A DNA stretch of 32,000 nucleotides from Haloquadratum walsbyi C23 (GTDB lineage: Archaea; Halobacteriota; Halobacteria; Halobacteriales; Haloferacaceae): positions 1,800,001-1,832,000 of the forward strand of contig NC_017459.1 of the NCBI RefSeq assembly GCF_000237865.1, given 5' to 3'. Of the stretch, positions 8,886 to 17,690 are shown in pieces. The notes under the pieces are model-generated. The model did no database searches, was not told the origin of the DNA, and saw nothing but the letters and a program-made list of their open reading frames with translations. The stretch's first letter is position 1. Each line of letters starts with the position of its first letter. Made by a program: the position numbers and the translations under genes.

Positions 8886-9170
8886 ATGACCATGAGCATT
8901 CCTGCCGAGCGGATGAAGCGACTTCATGTCCTTGCTCGTGAGGCAGTGGCTACCGGAAAAAAGGCGCGAGCACGGTCATATGTCAAACTTGCTAGACGGA
9001 TTGGCGAACGAAACCGTATTAGTCTTCCCCGTCAATTTCGCCGTTTTAGTTGCGATAACTGTGATATTTATCTTCGACCGGCGAAGACAGCACGTGTTCG
9101 ATTGCAACCTGGCCATGTTGTCATTCGATGTTTAGAATGTGGCGCAACAAAACGCTATCCGCATGAGTGA
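8886..9170 (+). CDS. rnp4: ribonuclease P protein component 4 (Rpp21/Rpr2 family)
   Basis: A 94 aa basic protein. It has a helical N-terminus (ARSYVKLARRIGERNRISLP) and a zinc ribbon, CDNC...x...CLEC, as in archaeal Rpp21. Confidence 0.85.
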   Translation: MTMSIPAERMKRLHVLAREAVATGKKARARSYVKLARRIGERNRISLPRQFRRFSCDNCDIYLRPAKTARVRLQPGHVVIRCLECGATKRYPHE

Positions 9171-9261
9171 AATTTAGCCTAACAGTCATGGTTTAAATGA
9201 TTTATCCAGCAGTCGACAGTGTAATCCTCTTCGAAGCAAATTACAATGCAGGCGTTTATCC

Positions 9262-9513
9262 ATGGATACACAGGCACTTCGAAAGCAAGCACATGATCTA
9301 GATATAACCGTGTGGGTTGGGAAAAGTGGAATCGACCCCGTTGAGCCAGAGTTAGACAATCAACTAAAAGATACTGACCTCGTGAAGGTAAAGTTCCTTC
9401 GCGCAGCACAGGGTGGCACAACAGTCGCAGAACTTGCAGATGATCTCGCGAACCGGGTAAATGCCCACGTTATTGAGACGCGTGGAAATACAGGCGTTCT
9501 TTATCGACGATGA
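9262..9513 (+). CDS. YhbY-like CRM-domain RNA-binding protein
   Basis: An 83 aa protein. LRKQAHDLDITVWVGKSGI...LVKVKFL is the typical YhbY/CRS1 pattern. Confidence 0.8.
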   Translation: MDTQALRKQAHDLDITVWVGKSGIDPVEPELDNQLKDTDLVKVKFLRAAQGGTTVAELADDLANRVNAHVIETRGNTGVLYRR

Positions 9514-10430
9514 GTATCATATTTGATTTGACAACCACTCCACTGCAGGTCGGCGTTGACCTCTCTGGATCGATTGCACGTTTGTTGACTCGTGCTGGTC
9601 TTCCTGAGACAATCGCAGGACTGACTGGACAAGCAATTGCATTTATTGCGGTTTTTGCGCTTATTTTTATTGGCGGTCGAACTATCATCATTCGATTGCT
9701 TGAGCGAGTTTTAGACTCTCGCGATATTGAAGCACATGCGCGGAAGCCTCTTCGTCGGATCGTCGTTATTGCTATTGGGTTCGTTGCACTAACAATCGGA
9801 TTCGGGGCAGCAGGGTATGGAAACTTTCTTCAATCACTTGCAACTGTGGCTGCCGCAGCAACACTTGCGGTCGGGTTTGCACTTCAAGACGTATTGAAGA
9901 ACTTTGTTGCTGGTGTGTTTATTTATGCTGACCGACCGTTCAAAATTGGTGATTGGATCGAATGGAATGGACATGCTGGAGTTGTTCAGGACATCAGTTT
10001 TCGAGTAACACGAGTCCGGACATTCAATAATGAGTTACTGACAGTCCCAAATTCGACACTCACTGATGGGGTGATCAAGAATCCGGTCGCAAATGAACGA
10101 CTACGAATGCAGGTTCCATTCGGTATTAGTTATAATGATGATATCGATGCTGCTTCAGCAATCATTCATGAAGCGGCTGATGATCATGCGGATATCTTAA
10201 CGGAGCCTGAACCGACAGTTCGGCTTTCTGAACTGGGTGACTCTGCTGTGACACTTCAATCGCAGGTCTGGATCGATAATCCAAGCCGCGGTCGTGTTGC
10301 AAAAGCACGCGCACAGTATGTACAAATGGTAAAAGAGCGGTTTGATCAGCATGAAATCGATATGCCATATCCAAATCGAACACTTGAGGGTGAAGTTACT
10401 ATTGCAGGGGGCAGTATTGAACAGTCATAA
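9510..10430 (+). CDS. small-conductance mechanosensitive channel (MscS family)
   Basis: TM helices followed by LKNFVAGVFIYADRPFKIGDWIE, the conserved MscS pore and beta-domain junction. The ATG overlaps the YhbY stop (ATGA). Confidence 0.85.
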   Translation: MSIIFDLTTTPLQVGVDLSGSIARLLTRAGLPETIAGLTGQAIAFIAVFALIFIGGRTIIIRLLERVLDSRDIEAHARKPLRRIVVIAIGFVALTIGFGAAGYGNFLQSLATVAAAATLAVGFALQDVLKNFVAGVFIYADRPFKIGDWIEWNGHAGVVQDISFRVTRVRTFNNELLTVPNSTLTDGVIKNPVANERLRMQVPFGISYNDDIDAASAIIHEAADDHADILTEPEPTVRLSELGDSAVTLQSQVWIDNPSRGRVAKARAQYVQMVKERFDQHEIDMPYPNRTLEGEVTIAGGSIEQS

Positions 10431-11243
10431 TTCGATTTGTTCGACAAGTTGATCCCCACCACGAGTATTGACTGCAACAATTCGGACATACTCTTGTAGT
10501 CCCGAATCACGAAGTTTTGCTTTTAGTAGATTATCGACCTGGTATACGCCAGCGGCGTTGATCATCTCAATTTTGACAAGAACAGGGCAGTCCGATCCAG
10601 ATTGTAATGAGACACGATCAATCGCCTGGCTTGAGAGTGTATCAATCCCCCGTCCGCCTTTTTTATATGGAATCCGCGACCTGCCACGTTCCATATCTAA
10701 CGCATCAGCAACACGGATGATGCCTGCCTCTGTGGTAAGTGGATCCTCCGCTGTGTGATGGCACAGAATTGCATGTAATATTTCAGCTTTCATACGGACT
10801 TGCTGTTCGATATCATAAAAATCGAACTGTGGAAGAAACCGATCGAGAATATCAGCAGCAAGTGGGATTGAATAATATGGGTGCTTATCACGATGAACAA
10901 CATGACCAACGTCATGTAGCGTCGCAGCAAGAGCGATAATCACTGGTTCATCAGCGCCAGATAATCCCTGTTCTGTTGCACCATTAAATTCGATATTACT
11001 AGTTTTTAGGAGTTCATATAATCTAAGCGCACGATTACGAACGATCTCAATATGCTTAGTTCCGTGATCATTATACCCTTTTCGCGTTACCGCATTAACA
11101 TTTTGAGCCTGTAGATACGTTGTAATCTCGGGGTCTGAAAGAATTTCTGGGAGAACAACATTGAGACGCTCTGTCGGAAACTCATGATCATCATCTGGAT
11201 CATATTGGCGATCCTCAACATCAACCGAGCCTGATTTAGCCAT
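10425..11243 (-). CDS. HD-domain metal-dependent phosphohydrolase
   Basis: It contains H...HDVGH plus a downstream D (GTKHIEIV..., LHDVGHVVHRD, RVADALD). The 3' end overlaps the MscS 3' end by 6 nt. Confidence 0.8.
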   Translation of the reverse strand: MAKSGSVDVEDRQYDPDDDHEFPTERLNVVLPEILSDPEITTYLQAQNVNAVTRKGYNDHGTKHIEIVRNRALRLYELLKTSNIEFNGATEQGLSGADEPVIIALAATLHDVGHVVHRDKHPYYSIPLAADILDRFLPQFDFYDIEQQVRMKAEILHAILCHHTAEDPLTTEAGIIRVADALDMERGRSRIPYKKGGRGIDTLSSQAIDRVSLQSGSDCPVLVKIEMINAAGVYQVDNLLKAKLRDSGLQEYVRIVAVNTRGGDQLVEQIEL

Positions 11244-11686
11244 TACATTGTCTGTATGATACTGAGTATCAAATATCTAGTGGGAGAAATATCAATGCTG
11301 TTTGGTTGTCATTGCCGAGGAAATGCCGGCAGATGTGAGGAGCGCTGTCGAGACCGCTCTGCAGAGGTACTAGTCGAGGATAACATATGGTATGTTGTGG
11401 AGCACTTCATGATCAACCCCTGAGGTAATCGTCTTCATTATGTGTAGGGGTTGTGAATGACTTCTGCAGATGCTGACTTCTCTCAGTACTCATACCGCTC
11501 GTGTTTTTACTGCTCCTCACGAGATTGAGTGCTCGCGTCAACTGCCTCAGGATCAAGCCCCAAAGTATTCGCCTTTATTCGTGATGAATATACACCACAA
11601 AACATGTGTCATTACATATAACTTAATTTACTATTATGACCTATCGTTGCGTGAGTTGTCTCGGTCAACTAATTAACATAGTTGAG

Positions 11687-11895
11687 GTAAACGACCACAA
11701 ATAAACGAGTCAACTGACCTGTGGAACTCTCGCTGTTTTCGTTAGATATCTATCGAACCTCTGCTGGCTAATATGGCTATGTTGTCGAAGCGTCAGCTAC
11801 CCACGACTGAAGTCGTTGGCTTCCTCCCACAGTGGGGCTATGGGTGATGCATCAACCACGGAGACTCTTCCCACACGGAGTCAGCGTGTGCTCAC
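11687..11895 (+). mobile_element. MITE/PATE-like remnant sharing the left end of the IS1341-type element at 16.7-17.9 kb
   Basis: gtaaacgaccac (11687-11698) and gtggaactctcgctgttt (11721-11738) match the reverse complement of 17841-17883. Weaker similarity continues to about 11770. The GC-rich block has no ORF and ends ...gtgtgctcac at 11895. Confidence 0.4.
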
Positions 11896-12387
11896 AGTAC
11901 CCTGACATATCTCGACTGATGATCTGGATGAGAGACATATTGATATTATTACATAATAGTTTGATAACATAGGAATATTATTGCCGTATAAGATGTTCAA
12001 ATACCAAGTTGATATACTGAATATGAACTGCCACGCCGGGTATGACCTGGGGAGTATGTTTTCGCCGTCATGGACACAGTAGTAGCAATTTTTCATTCCA
12101 TTCGCTGTATCGACTTTATCTTAGTAACACTCAAAGCAAAATTGCGCGGTGAGCGTTCGTCTATTCAAATACTCCAATACTGTCCGTCTCAATATTCATT
12201 TTCTCCATGTACTAAAGGCTTCGGGAGATGGCACGACATATTGAACATTACAACTGAGCATCAGAAAGGACAGATTGATTCTCAGTTGTCGGATGTGTTA
12301 AATTTCTATAATCAAGTGAATTTGTGTGACTATACTGTTGAGTCTCCGAAAAGACTATAATTACCACTAGATTACTGTCAGATAACC

Positions 12388-12663
12388 ATGACCGGAATCA
12401 TCACTCCGTTGTTCCCAGGGCTGCCGGGCGGACCAGAACTCCTCATTGTTCTACTTGTGCTCGTCTTATTATTCGGAGCGAATAAAATTCCAAAATTGGC
12501 TCGCTCAACAGGTCAAGCAATGGGTGAGTTTAAGCGGGGAAGAGAGGAACTTGAAGAAGAATTAAGTGAAGTTGACGGTAGTGGCGAAGATGAGGGATCC
12601 ACCCCAGCCTCTAGCTCATCATCAACCGAATCTGAAACTGAGACGGCGACTGAACCAAATTGA
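12388..12663 (+). CDS. tatA: Sec-independent (Tat) translocase subunit TatA/E
   Basis: GGPELLIVLLVLVLLFGANKIPKLARSTGQAMGEFKRG is the canonical TatA TM helix plus amphipathic helix. The tail is acidic. Confidence 0.85.
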   Translation: MTGIITPLFPGLPGGPELLIVLLVLVLLFGANKIPKLARSTGQAMGEFKRGREELEEELSEVDGSGEDEGSTPASSSSSTESETETATEPN

Positions 12664-12982
12664 TATCTACACTGATTGGGTGAGTGTGGGTGCCGTAGTG
12701 AGATTTCAGAAATCCGGGTCTCAGTTGTATCAGAGATGTTTTGATTCAGAATCAGAATATAGAACATTTATTTATTTTCAATATATCTCAAGAGCAAATC
12801 TATAGAAACCGGAATGTGTGATACTATGGATTCATATATCTGCTCGTTAGTGTGAACTTTGTATTCATAACTAATACATATACTGGCTTACGCAATATGT
12901 ATTGAGTCTATACGAATCATCCGACATGTAACAAATAATAAACAATTAGGATTTAACGTGATTATCGGATGAAGTATATAGA

Positions 12983-13056
12983 GGACGTGTGGCCTAGTGG
13001 ACAAGGGCGAGAGGTTCCTAACCTCTAGATCGCGGGTTCGAATCCCGCTACGTCCG
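12983..13056 (+). tRNA. tRNA-Arg (anticodon CCU)
   Basis: The cloverleaf was folded by hand. The acceptor stem is GGACGTG/TACGTCC. The D stem is GCCT/GGGC. The anticodon stem AGAGG/CCTCT closes the loop TTCCTAA. The T arm is GCGGG-TTCGAAT-CCCGC. It is 74 nt with no encoded CCA. Confidence 0.9.
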
Positions 13057-13060
13057 TTCG

Positions 13061-13065
13061 TTTTT
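13061..13065 (+). terminator. oligo-T tract immediately after the tRNA
   Basis: TTTTT lies 5 nt after the tRNA 3' end. Archaeal termination commonly uses oligo-T. Confidence 0.4.
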
Positions 13066-13362
13066 CTGATTCGTAGCAATCGGCGATCAGTTGAAATCCA
13101 GTTTAATTATATTGTTAATTTTATTATTTTAGAACTGGTTTGATTCTCGATATACCTGACATAGTCAGCTATCAATGCGAAGTATAACTTTTCAACTGAG
13201 TTTGTCGTTGCAGTGGGTATAACCGAACAATTGGATTTATACTCGTGACGATATGATATTATATAGTGCATTTTTTGAGCAGTTCTACATGGTGTCAATT
13301 TGGGTTCATTTTCGCTGATGACGAATCTCTGAGTATTACTATTAGCAGAGGAGTCCGAGAAT

Positions 13363-14868
13363 ATGAATATTGATTTCCGATCAGCAGCAAGAAAGATATT
13401 TAAGCGACCTGAAGAGTTAGAACTGACAGAAGGGCCGATTGGGCGGTCATTATTCTTTCTTTCACTACCAATTGTCATTACAAACCTCCTACAGGTTGCA
13501 TATAATTTTGCAGATACATTCTGGTTAGGTCGTTACAGCACCGATGCATTGGCAGCAATCAGTCTTGGTTTTCCTCTGGTGTATCTGTTTATTTCACTTG
13601 GACTTGGATTGACCGTCGCCGGCAGTGTATTGGTTGCACAACACACCGGCGCAACACAAACAGCACAAGCAGACTATGCTGCCTCACAGACGGTCGCATT
13701 TACGATTGCAATTGGAATACTGCTTGGCGCCGCCGGTGTAATATTTGTTGATGAGGTGCTGAGTGTTTTCGGTGCCGACCCGGTTGTGCTTGCGCTCGCC
13801 ACGGATTACATGCGAATTATTTCCTTTGGACTTCCATTTCTATTCGGATTTATCGTATTTATTGCGTTGATGCGTGGTTCTGGTGATACACTGACACCCA
13901 TGCTCGTCATGCTTGGAACGGTCATTATAAATGTGATTCTCGACCCAATATTGATTTTTGGTGTTGGACCCGTACCAGAGTTGGGTGTTGATGGGGCCGC
14001 GATAGCGACCGTGTTTTCACGAGGGTCCGCAGCAGTCGTTGGTTTGTGGATTCTTTTTAGTGGAGGTCATGGCGTACAAATTACGCTAAGTGATATGTGG
14101 CCTGATCGAGAATATATCACAAAATTGCTTCGAATAGGGGCACCTGCCTCACTTGAAAACACGGGACGTGCTCTTTCAGTTAATGCTATTTTACTCATCG
14201 TTACGTTATTTTCTACACCGGTTGTTGCCGCATTTGGTGTCGGAATCCGTGTATTTTCAATGATTTTCATGCCTGCGATTGCGATTGATCGGGGGGTTGA
14301 GACAATGACCGGGCAGAATATTGGTGCCGGAAATAGTGACCGCGTTTCAAAGACAAATCGATTTGCTGCGATAACATCATTTGGCATCCTTTCGATTCTT
14401 GGGATTATAACATTCATTTTTGCTCCCGAAATTATCAGAGCATTTGATGACTCGCCTGCGGTTGTTGAACAAGGTGCGACATTTCTTCGCTGGATTGCAC
14501 CGACATTCGGATTTGTTGGGATATTACGGGGTTATAGCGGGGGATTTCGGGGAGCTGGAAAAACTCTCACTGCTGCGGTGATTACAATTGTTCTCTTCGG
14601 ATTTATTCGTTTGCCGGTTGCATATGTCGTTTCACAAGGGCTAATTCCGTTTGATATATGGATATTTGGTACCCGAACGCCAGAGGGAATCTGGTTCTCA
14701 TTCGCTATCTCAGGCATCGTCGCAGCACTTGTTGCGGCTGGATGGTTCGAACGTGGGACATGGCGGGATGGAGATCTGACGGAGGGCACAGATACACCTG
14801 CGGACCAAAACAGAGCAACAGAGCAATCCTCAGATCCGGACCCGGATCCATCGGCGTCAGAGACATAG
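13363..14868 (+). CDS. MATE family efflux transporter
   Basis: A 501 aa protein with about 12 TM segments. The N-terminal LPIVITNLLQVAYNFADTFWLGR and the internal QNIGAGN are characteristic MATE motifs. Confidence 0.85.
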   Translation: MNIDFRSAARKIFKRPEELELTEGPIGRSLFFLSLPIVITNLLQVAYNFADTFWLGRYSTDALAAISLGFPLVYLFISLGLGLTVAGSVLVAQHTGATQTAQADYAASQTVAFTIAIGILLGAAGVIFVDEVLSVFGADPVVLALATDYMRIISFGLPFLFGFIVFIALMRGSGDTLTPMLVMLGTVIINVILDPILIFGVGPVPELGVDGAAIATVFSRGSAAVVGLWILFSGGHGVQITLSDMWPDREYITKLLRIGAPASLENTGRALSVNAILLIVTLFSTPVVAAFGVGIRVFSMIFMPAIAIDRGVETMTGQNIGAGNSDRVSKTNRFAAITSFGILSILGIITFIFAPEIIRAFDDSPAVVEQGATFLRWIAPTFGFVGILRGYSGGFRGAGKTLTAAVITIVLFGFIRLPVAYVVSQGLIPFDIWIFGTRTPEGIWFSFAISGIVAALVAAGWFERGTWRDGDLTEGTDTPADQNRATEQSSDPDPDPSASET

Positions 14869-15086
14869 ATATGGGTCGACTATCACAGATAGATTATTAT
14901 TATGATATTACTGATATTGAATTTCTCAATATCTGAACTTACTGAAAATCCGAGTGGAATATGTATGCTCTGAGCAAGATGAACATCGATCTGCGATAAT
15001 CAATTTAATTTAGTTGCACATGAACGTGACTGAACCATTGTATCATAGCATCAATGAATAAGTACACTCGGTATCGTCATTGAATT

Positions 15087-15575
15087 ATGAAGCACACCGA
15101 ATTAGCTACATTGCGAACAGACGGGGGAAAGGTAAATGACGATATGGACTCAGACGGAAACCATCATCAAACTGGACCAATCAAATTCAATGTGACAATT
15201 GAGGACGGAGTGACAATAATTGATATGCATGGTGATAGAGATACAGCAGTGATTGTACAGTCGGCATCAGGAGAGCGCGTGTATCTTCCTCCAGAAGACT
15301 TTGAGCGGGCTGCTCCGACTACACAGCGAAACGAGAGTGCAGATCAGTCTGCCTCAACAAACAGTCCATATCAATCTGCAGCGAGTGACAGTCCGTATCA
15401 ATCAGCGCCAACTGATAGTCCATATCAATCCTCGGGGACCGACAGTCCGTATCAGTCTACGCAGTCACAGTCACAGTCACAATTAGAATCAGATGAAGAA
15501 GGGCTTGTATCGACAACCGAAGGTTACCGTATTTATCATCCTGAACCAGCAACAGATGTTCGAGTTCTTCGGTGA
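15087..15575 (+). CDS. hypothetical acidic protein with four DSPYQS nonapeptide repeats
   Basis: A 162 aa ORF with acidic composition. It has 4 x 27 nt in-frame tandem repeats followed by (SQ)3. The C-terminus is GYRIYHPEPATDVRVLR. Confidence 0.6.
   Translation: MKHTELATLRTDGGKVNDDMDSDGNHHQTGPIKFNVTIEDGVTIIDMHGDRDTAVIVQSASGERVYLPPEDFERAAPTTQRNESADQSASTNSPYQSAASDSPYQSAPTDSPYQSSGTDSPYQSTQSQSQSQLESDEEGLVSTTEGYRIYHPEPATDVRVLR
15360..15467 (+). repeat. 4 x 27 nt tandem repeat (xSPYQSxxx)
   Basis: A direct read: aac agt cca tat caa tct..., gac agt ccg tat caa tca..., gat agt cca tat caa tcc..., gac agt ccg tat cag tct. It is followed by (tcacag)3 up to 15482. Confidence 0.9.
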
Positions 15576-15612
15576 TTTTTTGCTTGCAAGCGCTGAGTTA
15601 CTTCAGCGATAA

Positions 15613-16659
15613 TTATATGATTGAATCATAAAGCGCGAGCGTTTCATCAACCACCTCATCCCAGGTCACAGGGTCATACTCTGGGCTGCCCTCGAGCGTC
15701 AATCCACGTTCAATGCCTCTCGCGATCGATTGTGATTCAGCTGCAACCTCAACGACGCAGTCATCTGGAAGGACTTCATTCACACCGCTTTCAGTCGCAA
15801 CGACGTGAGTGCCAGCTGAAAGTGCTTCTGTGATTGTAATTCCAAATGGCTCTGACAATGATGGAGAAATAAATAAATCCGCAGCAGCATAATAATCACC
15901 AAGTTCTTTCTCGGGCACGTATCCAACCCACTCAATTGAGTCCTCAACATTAAGTAATTCCGCAAATCGTTTAAGCTGGTCAGTAAGATGACCAGAACCG
16001 CCAATGACAAGTGTCACATCATCACGCCGGAGTTGATCCATCGCATATACAAGATGTGAGATTCCTTTCTGATTCGTGTGTCGCCCAACAAAAAATAGCA
16101 TTGACCCGCTGATATTAAGTTCAGCTTTGAAGTCGCGATCAGTTGTCTCACACGTCGAAAATCCATTATAAATTACTCTTGGATCGCCCCCATACTGTGA
16201 TTGAACATCAGTTGCGGTGAGTTCACTGACAGCAATGAGATGGTCTGCACGGTTTGCAAGCCGACGTTCAGTTTCAACCTCTCGTGTTGGTGGGTCGAGA
16301 TTTCGATCAGCGGATAGCGAATGGAACGTTGTCACCCACTCAACCTCGGCATTTGCTGTTGCCCGAGAGCCAGGACCATACCCAAACCAATCATGCGTGT
16401 GCACAATATCAGCATCTGCTGCACGCGTTGCGAAGGTCTCACTCATTCGTCCGACTCGCGTGATGATGTCACCATCGCCGGTTGGGACGCCAATAATACC
16501 CTCACGATCTTCTGGAGCATACTCCGCTGGGAGCACTAACTCGATATCGACATCTCGGGCGCGCATTCCATCGAATAGCTCACCCACATGTGTGTCTAAC
16601 CCGCCGCTCACATTCGGCGGAAACCCCCATCCAAGCATTAGAATTTTTGGCGACATCAT
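15613..16659 (-). CDS. glycosyltransferase, GT-B fold (GT4/GT5-like)
   Basis: The N-terminus KILMLGWGFPPNVSGGLDTHV and the HTHDW motif are GT-B-like. The C-terminal FISPSLSEPFGITITEALSAGTHVV is an EX7E-type motif. Confidence 0.85.
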   Translation of the reverse strand: MMSPKILMLGWGFPPNVSGGLDTHVGELFDGMRARDVDIELVLPAEYAPEDREGIIGVPTGDGDIITRVGRMSETFATRAADADIVHTHDWFGYGPGSRATANAEVEWVTTFHSLSADRNLDPPTREVETERRLANRADHLIAVSELTATDVQSQYGGDPRVIYNGFSTCETTDRDFKAELNISGSMLFFVGRHTNQKGISHLVYAMDQLRRDDVTLVIGGSGHLTDQLKRFAELLNVEDSIEWVGYVPEKELGDYYAAADLFISPSLSEPFGITITEALSAGTHVVATESGVNEVLPDDCVVEVAAESQSIARGIERGLTLEGSPEYDPVTWDEVVDETLALYDSII

Positions 16660-16718
16660 GGTACATGTCTTTGTGGACTCATCACATAACAGTTATTGGT
16701 AACTCATTATCTTCAGGC

Positions 16719-16991
16719 GTGATATCCTCGCCCAGCCTGAACGCCGGGGCTTCCACCGCAGGTGCAATACCAACACGACGTCGTATTGAGGTTTCAAGAC
16801 GTGTTCGCGTCACTGGTCTCCGGCTCCATCCACGCTCCCACTGCTGGTGAGCTAGACGAACCCTTGTCACTGGAAGCCCGCCTCTCGGACGGGAGTCCCT
16901 CTCTCGGCGACGTGTCTTCATCGGCCTGCCACTGACCCCCGCTCCGAGGCGAGTCATCGCCTGCCGGTTTCCGAGGCAGGCTCTCTCCCTA
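16719..16991 (-). ncRNA. putative omega-RNA/reRNA scaffold region of the decayed TnpB element
   Basis: A GC-rich segment of about 270 nt with no plausible coding potential lies between the tnpB stop and the element end. That is where TnpB guide-RNA scaffolds are encoded in this family. No fold was computed. Confidence 0.3.
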
Positions 16992-17690
16992 CGGATTGAG
17001 CCGATTGGCTCTGTTCGCTGCTGCGTTCAGATCCGCCTGGTACTCCGACAGCCAATACGTATCGTTCGTACATTTGAACGTACCCTGATACGGTCGATAC
17101 CCAATGTTGACACGCATGATACATCTTCGACGTATGGCGCGGATACACGTGCACGTACGCGTATTCCACAGCGATTCCGTGTTCCGCCGCCTTCTCCTTG
17201 ATGCGTGACTGCAATCGAAAGAACAGCCACTCGCCGAGTCGTCGATTCCAGTACTTCCCAATATCCCCGTCGGTGATACCGTCAAGTTGTTCAAAAACGC
17301 TGACCGGGCTCTCGAACTATGAGGCATATTCGACTGCCCGATGTGAGGCTCTTTCTTTTTCGTCTTTGATAACGTCTTGCCATCCCCACACGAGGTCGTC
17401 CCAGAGGTTCGACGCATATCGTGGTTTCAGCCGGTCTTCAGTGCTGGCTTGTTTTTCTCGGAGGTGTCGGACGCGACCACCATCCACGAACAACGAATCA
17501 ACCGGGGTGTTGTCTCGGAGGGCACAGCCCACCAAGAGTTTCGACTCACCCACGTCGAATCCGATAGGAGCCATATCGTCATTCTCGCACGAACACCAGT
17601 GGACTGGTTCGGTTCGATTTCGAAGTTTACCGTGACGTGCAACACCCAACGATTCCCGTCACGTTGCAAACGGAGTTCGCCCGCCCACAC
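16989..17690 (-). pseudogene. tnpB: tnpB (RNA-guided nuclease family) pseudogene, N-terminally truncated and frameshifted
   Basis: The fragments occupy at least 3 frames. They read APIGFDVGESKLLV (RuvC-I-like), VFEQLDGI (RuvC-II-like), LQSRIKEKAAEHGIAVEY, and FKCTND...YQADLNAAANRANRLNP (RuvC-III-like). The total is only about 235 codons against the roughly 400 expected. Confidence 0.75.

Noticed and set aside
11280-11700. Possible SRP RNA or RNase P RNA in the unassigned spacer.
   Set aside because: None of the conserved strings I remember from haloarchaeal 7S or RNase P RNA are present. This was not testable further without Rfam models.
11881-12360. ORFs 11881..12096 (minus strand) and 12070..12360 (plus strand) in the spacer before tatA.
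   Set aside because: They lie in AT-rich sequence and give basic or Cys/Ile/Tyr-rich peptides, unlike the acidic proteome of this organism. They are treated as non-coding.
13107-13478. A 123 aa minus-strand ORF overlaps the start of the MATE gene.
   Set aside because: It is AT-rich and Asn/Ser/Ile-rich, and it overlaps a well-supported transporter gene and its upstream spacer.
16217-16957. Several ORFs cover the GT-B gene antisense strand and the IS tail: plus-strand ORFs 16217..16702, 16254..16463, 16321..16539 and 16590..16850, and the minus-strand ORF 16682..16957.
   Set aside because: They are Arg/Ser/Pro-rich translations of GC-rich DNA. The first group lies antisense to a clear glycosyltransferase. 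The others fall in the non-coding right-end tail of the IS remnant.
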